The notes under the pieces were generated by a model. It searched no databases, was not told the origin of the DNA, and saw nothing but the letters and a program-made list of their open reading frames with translations. A stretch of DNA of 64,000 bases from Dudresnaya verticillata (lineage: Eukaryota), in NCBI GenBank assembly GCA_977862235.1, contig OZ374562.1, positions 2,728,001 through 2,792,000 of the forward strand, written 5' to 3'. Shown here piece after piece: positions 11,622 through 22,979 of this stretch. A program made the position numbers and the translations under genes. Position 1 is the first letter of the stretch. Each line of letters opens with the position of its first letter.

Positions 11622-11740
11622 CATCTATCCATGTTATACATCTATCCATTTCCATGCATCTATCCAGAGTCTTGACTTTTCTTTCATCTATCCATTTCCA
11701 TGCATCTATCCAGAGTCTTGACTCTTCTGTAGCCATCTAT
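11622..11740. repeat. CATCTATCCA motif array including a ~38-bp tandem duplication in the non-coding spacer of B
   Basis: Motif at ~11622, 11639, 11657, 11685, 11703 and partial at 11734. Confidence 0.85.
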
Positions 11741-12021
11741 ATTGCCTCCTCTTTTGAGAGGGTAACCACTGCTTCTGTGCGCCCGGTCATGGGCGAATCC
11801 CACACATAGCCCATAGGCTGCATTCGTATTTACGCGAGGGCGTCGGTTTCGGCACCCAGAACCAAAGTTCTACCTCCACTCATATGAGGTGAATCTTAAC
11901 AATCGGGAGATCTGACTCCATACAGCTTAACTGCTGTTTTTGGTGGGGCGCACCCGATTGAGACCGGTCTCAGTGGCCACTTGTAGGCCCGGTGCCTTAC
12001 TCAGCGCGCGTGCTCGCCACG

Positions 12022-15000
12022 CTAATTGTCAGGGAGAGGTATCCCTTTTTGGCGGTGATACCTTACAACCAAATTGTGAGGGAGATGCCCATTTGGCTCC
12101 CAAGTGTCCTTTGAAGCCGGGCTCTGGAACCACCGCACACGATAAAGGTGTGTGTCGGGGTCATAGGAAACGATCCTTTCGTACACGTGTTCGCGTGGTG
12201 GTGCCTTCTTGAAGCGCGAGAATTTGCGGCTTGACGTCCCTTCAGCCACTGTCGGCGGAGGTGATGACGCATCCACACCCTCATCTCTAGGAGCATTCTC
12301 CTGTCGTTGGGGGACAACAGGCGCGGTATGGGCCCCGCTAGGTTGCGCATCCCCACCTGTGTCAGCCAGTGTCTCACCTTCAGCACCAGGTGCTTCAGGA
12401 TGGGCCGGTTCATTACCGCCTGATGCGGTGTTCATCGAGGGCCCAGTGCCGTTTGTGTTGGGCCCGTCGGTTGGCCCAGTTGGACTACTTGAGAGTGCTG
12501 CACCTGTCTCCGGTGGCATTTCCACTACCGTGGGAGTCATGTCTAGTGCCAGCGGCGCTTCGTGTGGCGATGGATCCAAAGTGACTCGGTCCAAAGAGAT
12601 TGTTTCTCTGTCGCCCTTGATGTCGAGAACCACCAGATGGGTTCCTCTCTCGAGGACCTTATATGGCCCAAGGGCTTTCGGGAACAGTTGCCCTTCCCTC
12701 GCCACGCCTGAAGCGTCCTTCACTTTAGTTTCCCGTTCGAGGAATACCCACGACCCGGGACGTGCCCTTTTGTTAGCCGGTCGAATGCGGCTATTAAAGT
12801 TGGTTTCATAGCGCTTTTGCTCTAGTTGCATCCTCGGCAGAGCCGTATCCATGAGCTTTTCCAGCCGAGCGGTTAGGCGCTTCTTGACGTTCGTAGCGGG
12901 TATCCCGTCAATGTCTACAGTTTCCGCTTGTTCCAGTAGTAGGGAAGTCGGCGGATTTGACAAAACCAAGTCAAAAGGGGCTAACCCTGTAGCGCGATGT
13001 ACTGTCGTATTGTAAGCGTACGTGAGCGCTGAGGTGAACTCGTCCCAGTCCCTCTGATCTTCCGCTATGAAGTGGCGAAGGCCCGCTAGGATGGTGCGGT
13101 TGAACCTCTCGGTTTGCCCATTAGTTTGGGGATGGTATGTCGACGTGAACATATTCCGAATCCGTAGGATATCGCACACGGCGAGGAAGAACTTAGAGGA
13201 AAATTGAGACCCATTGTCTGAAAGGACGTAACGGGGCGGTGCATAGATAAAGACCCAATGGTCACAAAACGCCTTCGCCACTGTATAGGCGGTTACCATT
13301 TTCATCGGTATTGCTCGTGTCAGCTCTGAGAAGCGGTCCGTCATAACCAACAGGAACTCGTTTCCTTTCCCGGAGCGGGGTAACGGGCCCAGTATATCGA
13401 TTCCTACGAACTCTAACGGCATGGTTGCCGGGAAGAGTTTCATCTGCGAAGCATGTTTCCGCAACTTCACCCGCTCTTGCGCGCACTTGACACAATTACG
13501 CACTGTGGCGTACAAATCCAATGCCATCTCTGGCCAATATACCTGTCTTCGTAGGTTATGATACATCCGGGTTCCACCTGGGTGTCCCGCCATCTCGGGG
13601 TAGTGGGCTAGGTGTAACGCCCTTTCCTTAAGAGAATGAGGTATGAGAACCTGTATCGCCTTGTCGATATACGACTTCCGGACTAGGAGTCCTCGTTCGT
13701 CCTCGAGATAGCAACCAGGCTTCCCGGCCTCGAGGTTCCTTCGGACCCAGATACAGAATTCATCTGTCTTCTGCTCACGGAGCAACTCTTCTGTGGTGAT
13801 GAGGGATAGTCCCTTTTGTCCAGATTCCTTCTCGGCCACTTGGGCGATGACCACTTCGTCATCCGAATCGGACTCATCGACGGGTTCGATTTCCCATACT
13901 TCCAACGGTCGCGTGTTGGGCTCCGGTCGCGACCTTTCGCAGGGTTCGTCCCTCGGATCAGTCTCGAGGACTAGACACGGGATTTCCAAGTCCGGTTCCC
14001 ATGGCGTGAAGCCATACGTAGGCAGCCGAGATACGGCATCAGCAATCTGATTCTTTTTTGCCTTTTCGGTACTGGACCGTGAAGTCGTATTCCAGAAGGC
14101 GTAATCTCCAACGGGCCAACCGTCCAGAAGCATCTGTCATGCTCATCATCCATTTCAGCGCTTGATGGTCTGTATACAGGTCAAAGTGGGACCTTTCTAA
14201 ATATGGTCTGAGCAATTGTGCCGCCCAGACCACTGCGAGGCACTCCTTTTCACCTACAGAATAATTCTTCTCTGCCTTCGTCAGTCCTCGGCTCCAGAAG
14301 CCTATTGGGTGTCGAGTCCCGTCTTCTTCGGCTTGCATCAGCGCGCAACCAATTTGGTAGTCGCACGCGTAGGTATCCACCGATAGGGCCTTACCCTCTT
14401 GTGGCAACCTAAGAATAGGAGGCGCTATTAGCGCTGTCTTCAGCAAGTCGAACGCCTCGCGCTGACGTTCATTGAACTGTGGCAGTTCAAAGCCCACTTC
14501 CTTCTGAAGGAGGGCATTGAGCGGAGCTGCCACGCGAGCGAAGTTAGGCACGAATCGCCTGTAGACGTTGCATAGACCGATGAAAGACCGCAACTGGGTC
14601 TGGGTGTTCGGCTCCTTGAATCCTTCGATGGCTTGCGTATTCTTAGTCGCCACTTCTAATAAACCCGGACGGATGACGTGCCCTAAGTAGTCGACACTCT
14701 TTGTGAAGAAGTTACACTTCTTCAGTTTCAAGGAGACCCCTGCTTCTTGTAATACAGCGAGAATCTCTCTTACATGCGTGACATGCTCGTCGACAGTCGC
14801 GGAGAATACGATAATATCGTCGAGGTATACGAGGCACGACTTCCATCGAAATCCTAATAAGAGGATGTCAACCGTTCGCTGAAAGGTCGCCGGAGCGTTG
14901 CATAGCCCAAAGGGCATCCTGCAAAATTGGAAACAGCCCGCGTGGCATGTAAAAGCAGTCTTATGCTTATCCGCCGGGGAAACCGGAATCTGCCAGTAGC

Positions 15001-16546
15001 CTGAGTTGCAGTCCAAGGTCGTGAAATATTGGGCTTCGCCCAAATTGTCCAGACACTCGTCCATGCGTGGCAGAGGATATGTATCCTTCACTGTTATCGC
15101 GTTAAGCTTGCGATAGTCAACGCAAAAGCGGAGTGACCCGTCGGGCTTCTTAACCAAGACGACGGGGCTCGCAAACTCAGAGCGTGCAGGCTCTATAACG
15201 CCTTCTTTGAGCATTTTGTCGACCTCATCCTGTTTTGCTTGACGGGCTTAGGGCCCGACCGATACGGTTGCGTAAACACAGGTTTCGAACCTTCTTGAAG
15301 CTCAATACGGTGTTCGGTCACCTTAATGGTTCCGATTTGTCCGTCCCATATACCGGCGAACGGTTTAAGCATTTTGCGCACGCGACGCCGATCCGAAGTG
15401 GACAGGTGTTCCAGCGCGAGGTCATCGACCGTAATAGCGGTTGTCGCTGATGTCGCGATTTTGATTCCAGGCTTAGAGTCTATATCCGTCTTCAGAGCAG
15501 CAGCAAGCCCCGCCCCCCCTACATCGGAAAATGTTTCGGACGAGGGAAGCGTGTCACTGTCAGGAACATTATCCTCGATGGAGACAGTGTAGACCGGCGT
15601 CTGTGTGGGTGCCGGTACAGCCTTTCCAAGGCTTTGATTCTTGGAAAGCCGTTGAGGACGCGAAGAAAAGTTCGCGACCTTGACGTGAAAGAGCCGGTTC
15701 TCTTGAATGTTGACGATTCCATTCGTCAACACGACTTGTCGGCGCTCGTATAAGCGGGGTAGGGATTCCAGGAAATGTGTTCCTTTGGCGGAACAGGTAA
15801 CAGGAACCCATGACTCACTGCCGGGCAGTAAGGTAGTAGTTTGTGCGACGCGAAGGAGTCGCGAGGTAGGTAACGGGGGAACGTCCATTGGTTCGTTAGA
15901 CCTGCCCTCACGGGGTATACCGCATCGGCGGCGTGGAATTGGGTGAATGGACCCATCGCGAAGAACCATGTTCTGTTGGCGGACGCGTAACCCTTCCACG
16001 TGGGTATCGATAAACGTGCAACCCAATATGGCATCTACTGCCAATGCCCTTACGACAACAAAAGGTTGCCGAACCGTGTAGGACCCGAGCCTGATTATTG
16101 GGGAGACTGTTCCCAGTGTAGTTAGACGGTGACTTGACGCAGAGGTCAAGTTCACAATTGACTGCGTTGTAGAAATCTGTTTCTTGTCTTTCGGTGATAG
16201 AACATCCGCGCGTATGAGATTAGGGCCTGCCCCTGTATGCAGTACGGAGAGCACACGAGTAAGATCGTCAACAGAAGTCCCGATGGACGCAGCTACTTTA
16301 TAATTGTAGCGCGACAAGGAGCAAACGGGATCCTTACAATACTCGTGATACTTCCGTCCGGGGGGTAAGCCCACGGCACGCGCTAAGATCTTCTTGGGAA
16401 GAGAAGTGACAGATTCACTAACAACCGGTCGATTCGTTGATGAGAAGCTTTCGAAGCTGTAGCTCGAGGAGCTGGATTCAACGCACCGATCGGGGGTTCC
16501 GATGTCACCTGGGATATGTGGTGTACCGAAACCGGTTCCCCCCTCG
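12022..16546 (-). pseudogene. pol: Pol of B (PR-RT-RH-IN-chromodomain), frameshifted
   Basis: VLHTGA (catalytic Asp replaced by His), YLDD, EKECLAV, GHPG..CVKC, HPQTNGQTER, GPY, YRVRW..DTWEP. Confidence 0.93.
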
Positions 16547-18667
16547 CTAGTTTTTTGCCTTCATTGCGGGCGACCGCGGTAGCGGTGGAGGTGGTGGAAA
16601 GGGACGAGGCCCTTGGCGTGGTGACCTGGGCGTTTGCCTCGGAGCGTCGATGGGGTGGTTCAGTCGAGGTTGAAATTGAACCTGTCGATTTCCCCCTTGA
16701 CTTGCACCCAAATTTTGACGGGGATCCATCCGTTGCCCCATGGGCGGCCCGGCGGACACTCGCTCATTAGCGAACTCCGGCAGTCGGCCAACTGTCGCCA
16801 GCCACGCTTTTTGCTCGTGTGATAGTTGATGAAACTGTCTTCTTTTTAAAGTCTCAAAAGACTGCTCATCGGTTCGAGCCAAATGCGGACAGTTGGGCTT
16901 TTTATAGCCAATGCCGTAGCATTCGAAGCAGATATCATTGGGTTGCTATTCAACCGTCACCCACCCAGGGCGTTGAGACCTGGTTGGCTGTGCCCAGGCT
17001 GGGAGCCTATTATTGTAGTTCTGCAGTACCACGTCAACTTCACCGTGATACGGTTGGTCGTAGCAATACTGTGTCGACCACGAATCCGATTGGGTCGCGG
17101 TTGATGGTGGCGCTTCGTTAGCGATGGCAGCCACGACTGCGTCTTCGCTTTCCGCATCAGAGCTGCTGCTCTTTGAAGTATCCGAATCGGAGGCGGATGC
17201 ATCCTTCGCCTGGCGAATTAGGAGCGCCCGCCCTGACTTGTGGGTACGAACCTTCTTTAAGGTCCTCCATGGTAGCGTCCTAGTCGCTTTTGGCGTTCGT
17301 CCGCCACCCACTAGCGCCCGATGGGAATCTCCCTGCGCAGTCGTGAGCTCGACGTAATCCGCCAGTCTGGCCGTCCTTGGGTCCAATGACGACGTACTTA
17401 AAAGCGGCTTCACCACTGGTAACAACCCCCGAATAAACCTGGTTATCAAGTCTTGTTCGGTGTACACCCCAGCGACTCGACGCGCTTTGTTCTTCAACCT
17501 TCTCGAAAAGGTTACTTCGTCCTCATCTGGCTCCTGCGCCATGGTGTCCATCTCAGAGGCAATCCTCTCAATATAGACGTCCTTGGCATATGTCCGAAGA
17601 AGGTAATTCACGGCTTCGGGCCATTCGGTGAAACCACCATTGTCGTCACCCGCAGCGTCAAAATTCGCTTCAAACATATCCTTCGCATCCTTCTCGAGGA
17701 ACTCGGGGATGACGAGGATAGCGGCACCTTCGCTGATATGGGCTTGATCGAGCTGCCTCTTAAGCGTGGCTAAGAAGCCAATAATTGACACCGGGTCACT
17801 CCCGTCAAAACGGCGACTCCGCATAACGTACTTCACACGTTTGATTTTCTTCGTGGTCGCCTCGGTCACCTCGGGCCCGCGGTAATCATCCAGGTTCAAT
17901 AACCTATATCTTCTATAGGACAGTACCTGTATGAAGGCGGGATTCCTAGGAGTCAACTCCTTCACACCTGACCGTCGGGGACCCCTCCAGGAACACCATG
18001 ACGGTCTAGAATGCGAACGGGAACCCGGTCCTTCTTCATCCGAGGGACTCGGATTAGGGTGAGACCCTGACCGAGGATTCTCCTCGTGACTATGGCTTGA
18101 ATATCTGTCACGATGAGAATCAACTTGGTCGCGGTGTGCAGAAGACCCAATTGGTCTGGTGCACTTGCAACCCTGTTGGCAACGGCCTCCATCTCCTTCA
18201 CCTTGGGACCCACTGTCCGACCCCCTATGGGGTAGCCTCCTACGCCTATCGCGCGTACCGCGAGGCACTGGTGAGCGCCGTCTCATGACTTCAGGGATAT
18301 TATCCCTCTCGCGGATTACGCGCCGCATCTGCAATTCCAGAAAAGCGACACGACGCTTCTACTCATCGAGTTCTTTCCTTAGGACCTCGATGGCTCTGTC
18401 CTGTTCAACGCACCGTGCGTTGTCTACGTTAAATTGAACGTCCGCAATAGCCATTGCGGCTTCTGTCCTGGAAAGGTCGGCAGCCTTCGTGGTTTCATCT
18501 AATTCAAGATGAACCGATTCCAACTGGTCCCCCATTGAGTCCACTTGGGCTTGTAGGGTCTCGACCCTTTCCTCTTCTAAACCCCTCAAGGGGCGTGGTT
18601 GGCAACGAGAATTGACCATTTCTTGGCACTTAGCCAGTAGCTGGTCGTCTCGACGCGCGGTGGCGTC
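16547..18667 (-). pseudogene. gag: Gag of B, main part (5' part displaced by C and D)
   Basis: LSYRRYRL, FDGSDP, YLLRTYA, decayed zinc knuckle near 16890-16935, ends KN*. Confidence 0.88.
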
Positions 18668-19260
18668 TGTAGCACAACGGGTCCAGCCCAGGAAGAGAAA
18701 AAAGAACAAAGGACACCTGTCCGGAACCGTCGTGCTCATAGGTAGCTCGGGTGTGGTAGAGGCTTGATAGAATGGCGCTAGGCCAGGAAAAAGGAAAAGG
18801 AAAAGGGGGACGCGACCCGGTATTCCGCAGGGAACCTGCCGTACGGTGACGAGCCTGTAGTTGGCGTCCAAAACGGGAAGCGCCCGGAATCCAGAAAATG
18901 GTCAAGACCGATAAACGCCCCGTGGGGTTCAATCAGGGGTGCCCTACTATTCAGGGGACCAATAAATAGGGCTTTTGCCCGTGCTAATACTAACTACTAC
19001 AGTGTACTGTACACGAATTACATTGATCAATGGGAGGCGGATCTACGCCCCTGTGGCGGCGTATAATCGGGAAATATCCCAACGCCGCACCAATGATCAG
19101 GCGCCAATTGCGCGTCTGAGGCGCAGATGACTTCGCGCCAGGCGCCAATCACGTGTCGCATCATGGCGCAGTCCAGCAATGCCAGTGCCTTACAGGGCAT
19201 TGGCCCGTTACGACTTACAGCGTCGAGCGCCCACTTGGCGCAAATCGCCGTTGTGCCACA
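18668..19260 (-). repeat. 3' LTR of C
   Basis: TGTAGCACA...TGCCACA; repeated at 30710-31307. Confidence 0.95.
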
Positions 19261-19879
19261 CGGCCCCCCTCGTAAGACCGAGAGTCCCCGCGAGGTCTGA
19301 GCCGTTTCTGTGCCACAGTTTCCAATTTTCATTGGCGTTCCGCCAGATTTGTCGGGCCAAAGCCGGCGCAGCGTAACGTTGCGACTGGGACGCCGTCGAC
19401 GAGAAGTCCCGCACTCTGAGCCAGCGCTCCAAAATCGTGAGCGTATATCAGGGTGTGTACCCGCGTCGGCGCAAGGTGTTGGTGCACCGGCATCCGCCAC
19501 AACTCTTGCGCGCCTGCTGCATCATCGTCCTCAAGCGCTGCAACAGCTCCCTGCCGACCTTCGCACCGGGTGCGCGTCGTCTTTCTTCCGAAGGTTCTCG
19601 GCGTGGGCGCCGTAGCCCTAGCTTTCGCATCGCCGCGCCTGGCGCTGCTGTTCGGCGTCGGTGTCGTCGTCGGTGGCGAGTGGTAACCGCATTTGTGCCA
19701 CGTCGCGCCGTTGCGCCCTCGGTGTTGCCAGAACCAACCCCGTCGAGGGGTGCGTGAGCGCAGCGAATCTCTGCCTGCTGGCCGCTGCGTGACCGATCGT
19801 CCAAGTGAAGGAAGAAGAGTTTTGGGCAGGGCCCTTTCAAGTGGAAGCACTCAAGCCGGAGCCCGTGCTCGTCATCACG

Positions 19880-22224
19880 ATGCCAGTGAATCCCAGCTTC
19901 CACTATGGGCAAGCCGGGTCGTCCGATAACGTGGCGCCGGTTGCTGTGGACGCGGGAGGGGTCCCTGTTGACATTGCGGCTAGCCGCGATTGGCGTGTAC
20001 GCACGGACCTAAACCATGTGCGACCCCGCGCGGGGGCGAACCGCGACGAAGTGCGCCACCTAGGCGGGAAGAGGGCGGAAGCCAAGGCTTGGAATACCCT
20101 ACTGAGGGCCCGTGTGAGCCACTTATCGTTTACGACTCTGCGCATTTCGACGCCGGGGCCATTCCCCTTTGATTTGACACGCGCCCGATATCGGTGGGAG
20201 GTCCCTTGGATTGAGAAGATGGCCCGTTTCATGGGCGAAGAGAAGTATGTGCTTGACGAGGTATTTGCTCCGAGGGCTATGACCTGAGGGCAGTTGGCCA
20301 TCCGCGCCCTTTCATCCGGGCAGGCAGGGACAATTTCCCGTACAACACAACCAGGATCACGCTTCCCAACAACCGCACCACCTATAAATACCATTTGGAC
20401 ACGCCGCAGACGGCTCTTCCCCACGAAGCTGCTCGCTTTGAGCGTCGCCAGAGGCACCGCACCGGGTGCCTGGTCCCGTTCCACTGCCAGGAGGCAACCG
20501 CTATTAAGCCGGAGATGTTCATAAGCAAGTACCCGCAGATCCCTCCGGATTACGGGTATTACGAAGTCTCGTACTCGATGCCCGTGGGGGTTCCGACCGT
20601 GGTGGCCTATCTCGGCTTGGAGCTGATGCAGTCCTCAAGTAACAGTTTGCTGTGGCTCAGCTACAGGCACGAACGGATCGTCCTCATCACCCAGGTCTTC
20701 ATGTACGAGGCGCGGAAGGGCCGCCTATTCTTCATCAACCAGAAGATACGCGATGATATTCGCGAGATAGGCTCGTCGGAGTTTACGGCTAATGCCGATG
20801 ACGCAGTTGACCTGGACTCGCTCCTACTCTTTGTCGAGCGTATCGTCTGGCGACGAGTGTCGAAGAAAAGCCGGTTCTTGCCCGCAGATACGGGCACTAT
20901 CACACCGGTGTTTGACCGCGGGGATTGGGTCGACTTCGACCCCGAAGCCTGGGCTCCCGACATTCCCGAAGATCTGATCAAATCCGTTCCAGTGGATGCT
21001 CACTCAATCGAGGCGGACGAAGGCATGCGTCTGCGGTCCGGTTTCACCGCGGGGTGGGTTTGTAACAACTGGCACAAGCCGAAGACTCCCGCTGAGGTGC
21101 CCGCGTATGACGCGCTTACCGATGGTCAGCCGTTAGGCCCGTACGCCCCGTCGGTGGTCCATGGGCGAAGCAAGGCCGATGCCGTAATTCGCAAAGTCTT
21201 TCGTCAGCGTGGTTTGACCGTGCGCCTCCATACCCATTGGAACATCCAGAACTTAACGGTCAATTCCCTGGCGGATTGGGTCGAGGCGACCATTGTCGAC
21301 TACGAAGCCTCTTGGCTAACAGTACCAGGCCCCATCCATCGGAGGTCGGAACATTTCCGGGGCTTGCCCCGTTTGGGCGAACAAGCCAAGGAGGAGCGAG
21401 AAGCGCCTGTCGCGCGAGAGGAGTTGGCCAATCCTGCGACCGGTGTGGCCCCGGCGGCACCTACAGCCATCGTTGCCGGCCCGGTGGGAGCCGCGTCGGC
21501 GGCTCCTGTCGGAGAGACCCGACTTAGGGGTCGTCATGGTATCGGCTCAGCGGGGCGTCGTGCCCGTCAGGAGGAGGAGATAGCGCAAGGCTTGGCAATT
21601 CAGGGCGTCACCATTCCTGGCAATAGGGGGAATGCCCCACTTGCGGCGAGGCGCGATGGTCGCGAGGATGACGCGGTAATGGCGTCTCTTCCGCCGGCTT
21701 CGGAAGCTGCCCTTGGGGCAACCCCGTCTCAACAGCCGACAACAGCGGCGGCAGCAACGGCACCGGCCAGCGAAAGGGATGAAGAGCGGATTGAGCCGGC
21801 GACTCCCGCGGCGCCGCCTACTCCAGCGTCCACTTCATCCCCTGGGTCAGTGGTGATGTCTTCCCCACCGACGGGTGAGGCGCCGCCGTCACTACCTATT
21901 GAAGGCAACGCGGCGTCCGGGCCTGGCCCGATCGAGGCTGACTCAGTGCAACTCGTCTCGAATACAGCAGCAGTGGACAGCTCCAGGGTGTTGCCGGATG
22001 AGGAGTCGCAAGTCATGCAGGAAGAAGGCGGGGGCCTGGTTAAGACCGAGCTCGTCATTAAGGAAGAGCTCGAAGAGGACCCAACTCCTATGGAAACGGA
22101 CCCCGTTCAGCCGCGAGTGCGTCGCATCATCCGCGAAGTGCGGCGTATCGTTCACCCGGTCGGTGCCGTGCGTCCAGCTAACGTGGAGAACGACGAAGTG
22201 GTTGACCTGACGGAGGATGAGTAG
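19880..22224 (+). pseudogene. Antisense accessory ORF of C (~780 codons, one frameshift near 20270)
   Basis: Starts MPVNPSFHYG; after the shift reads GYDLRAVGHPRPFIRAGRDNFPY, matching B QYDLGMVAHERPLIRSGRDNYPY; ends EVVDLTEDE*. Confidence 0.88.
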
Positions 22225-22979
22225 ACTCCCATCCTCCTGTTGCTCATTAGGGCGTTGAGCCCAAGAAGTTAGTGCGGGTTTGCCGCGTAGAAGTTAATGT
22301 CTGTGCATGAGTTAAGAATAAAAGTCACTGTTGACGGGGGAATTCGCCAAGCTAATGGCTGCCGCCAACATCGGTTGGGTTAGTGTTGAAGTTAAAGTGC
22401 GCGTCGTGCGCGAGTTAGCCTCGTTGGTTTGTACAGTAGGCCAGGGGCCTCAGCCTTGTTCCAGCTTCTTGGCATAGGAAGTGAGCCTCCACCCCGTGAC
22501 ACCTGCACCGTTTGGCAGAGAGAGAGAAGAGGGCAATTATCCTCGGATGCCAAGCGTAGCGGCGAACGGGTCGAGAACGCCCCTAGCGTCGCGTCGAGGC
22601 CAGCCTCAAAGGCAGGCAGCTTGCTGCCTTCCCCCTTCGCAGTGGGGATGGAGACAGTTGTTTCCAAAACGATGCTTGGCGTACGTGCGCGTACAATATT
22701 CGGTATCATACCGTCGCCAGACAGTGTCCTTTCCCACTTGAGATATTACTCCGCTCGCTGTACGGCCACAGTACGCCCAACGGCACCAGTTGCCAGCACT
22801 GTGCTATTTTGGCTTACACATCGGCCCGTGGCATCGGACGGTGCCGCCTCGTGTGTCGCCTCGCACTGTATCAGGCCGTGAAGCAAAAAGGGGGCGTTGA
22901 GGCCGAGATGGTAATCCGTCTACCGCCAGGCGCTTGCCAACTCCTGTCCCAACGGGGGAAGCTATGTCGCATACGCGAG

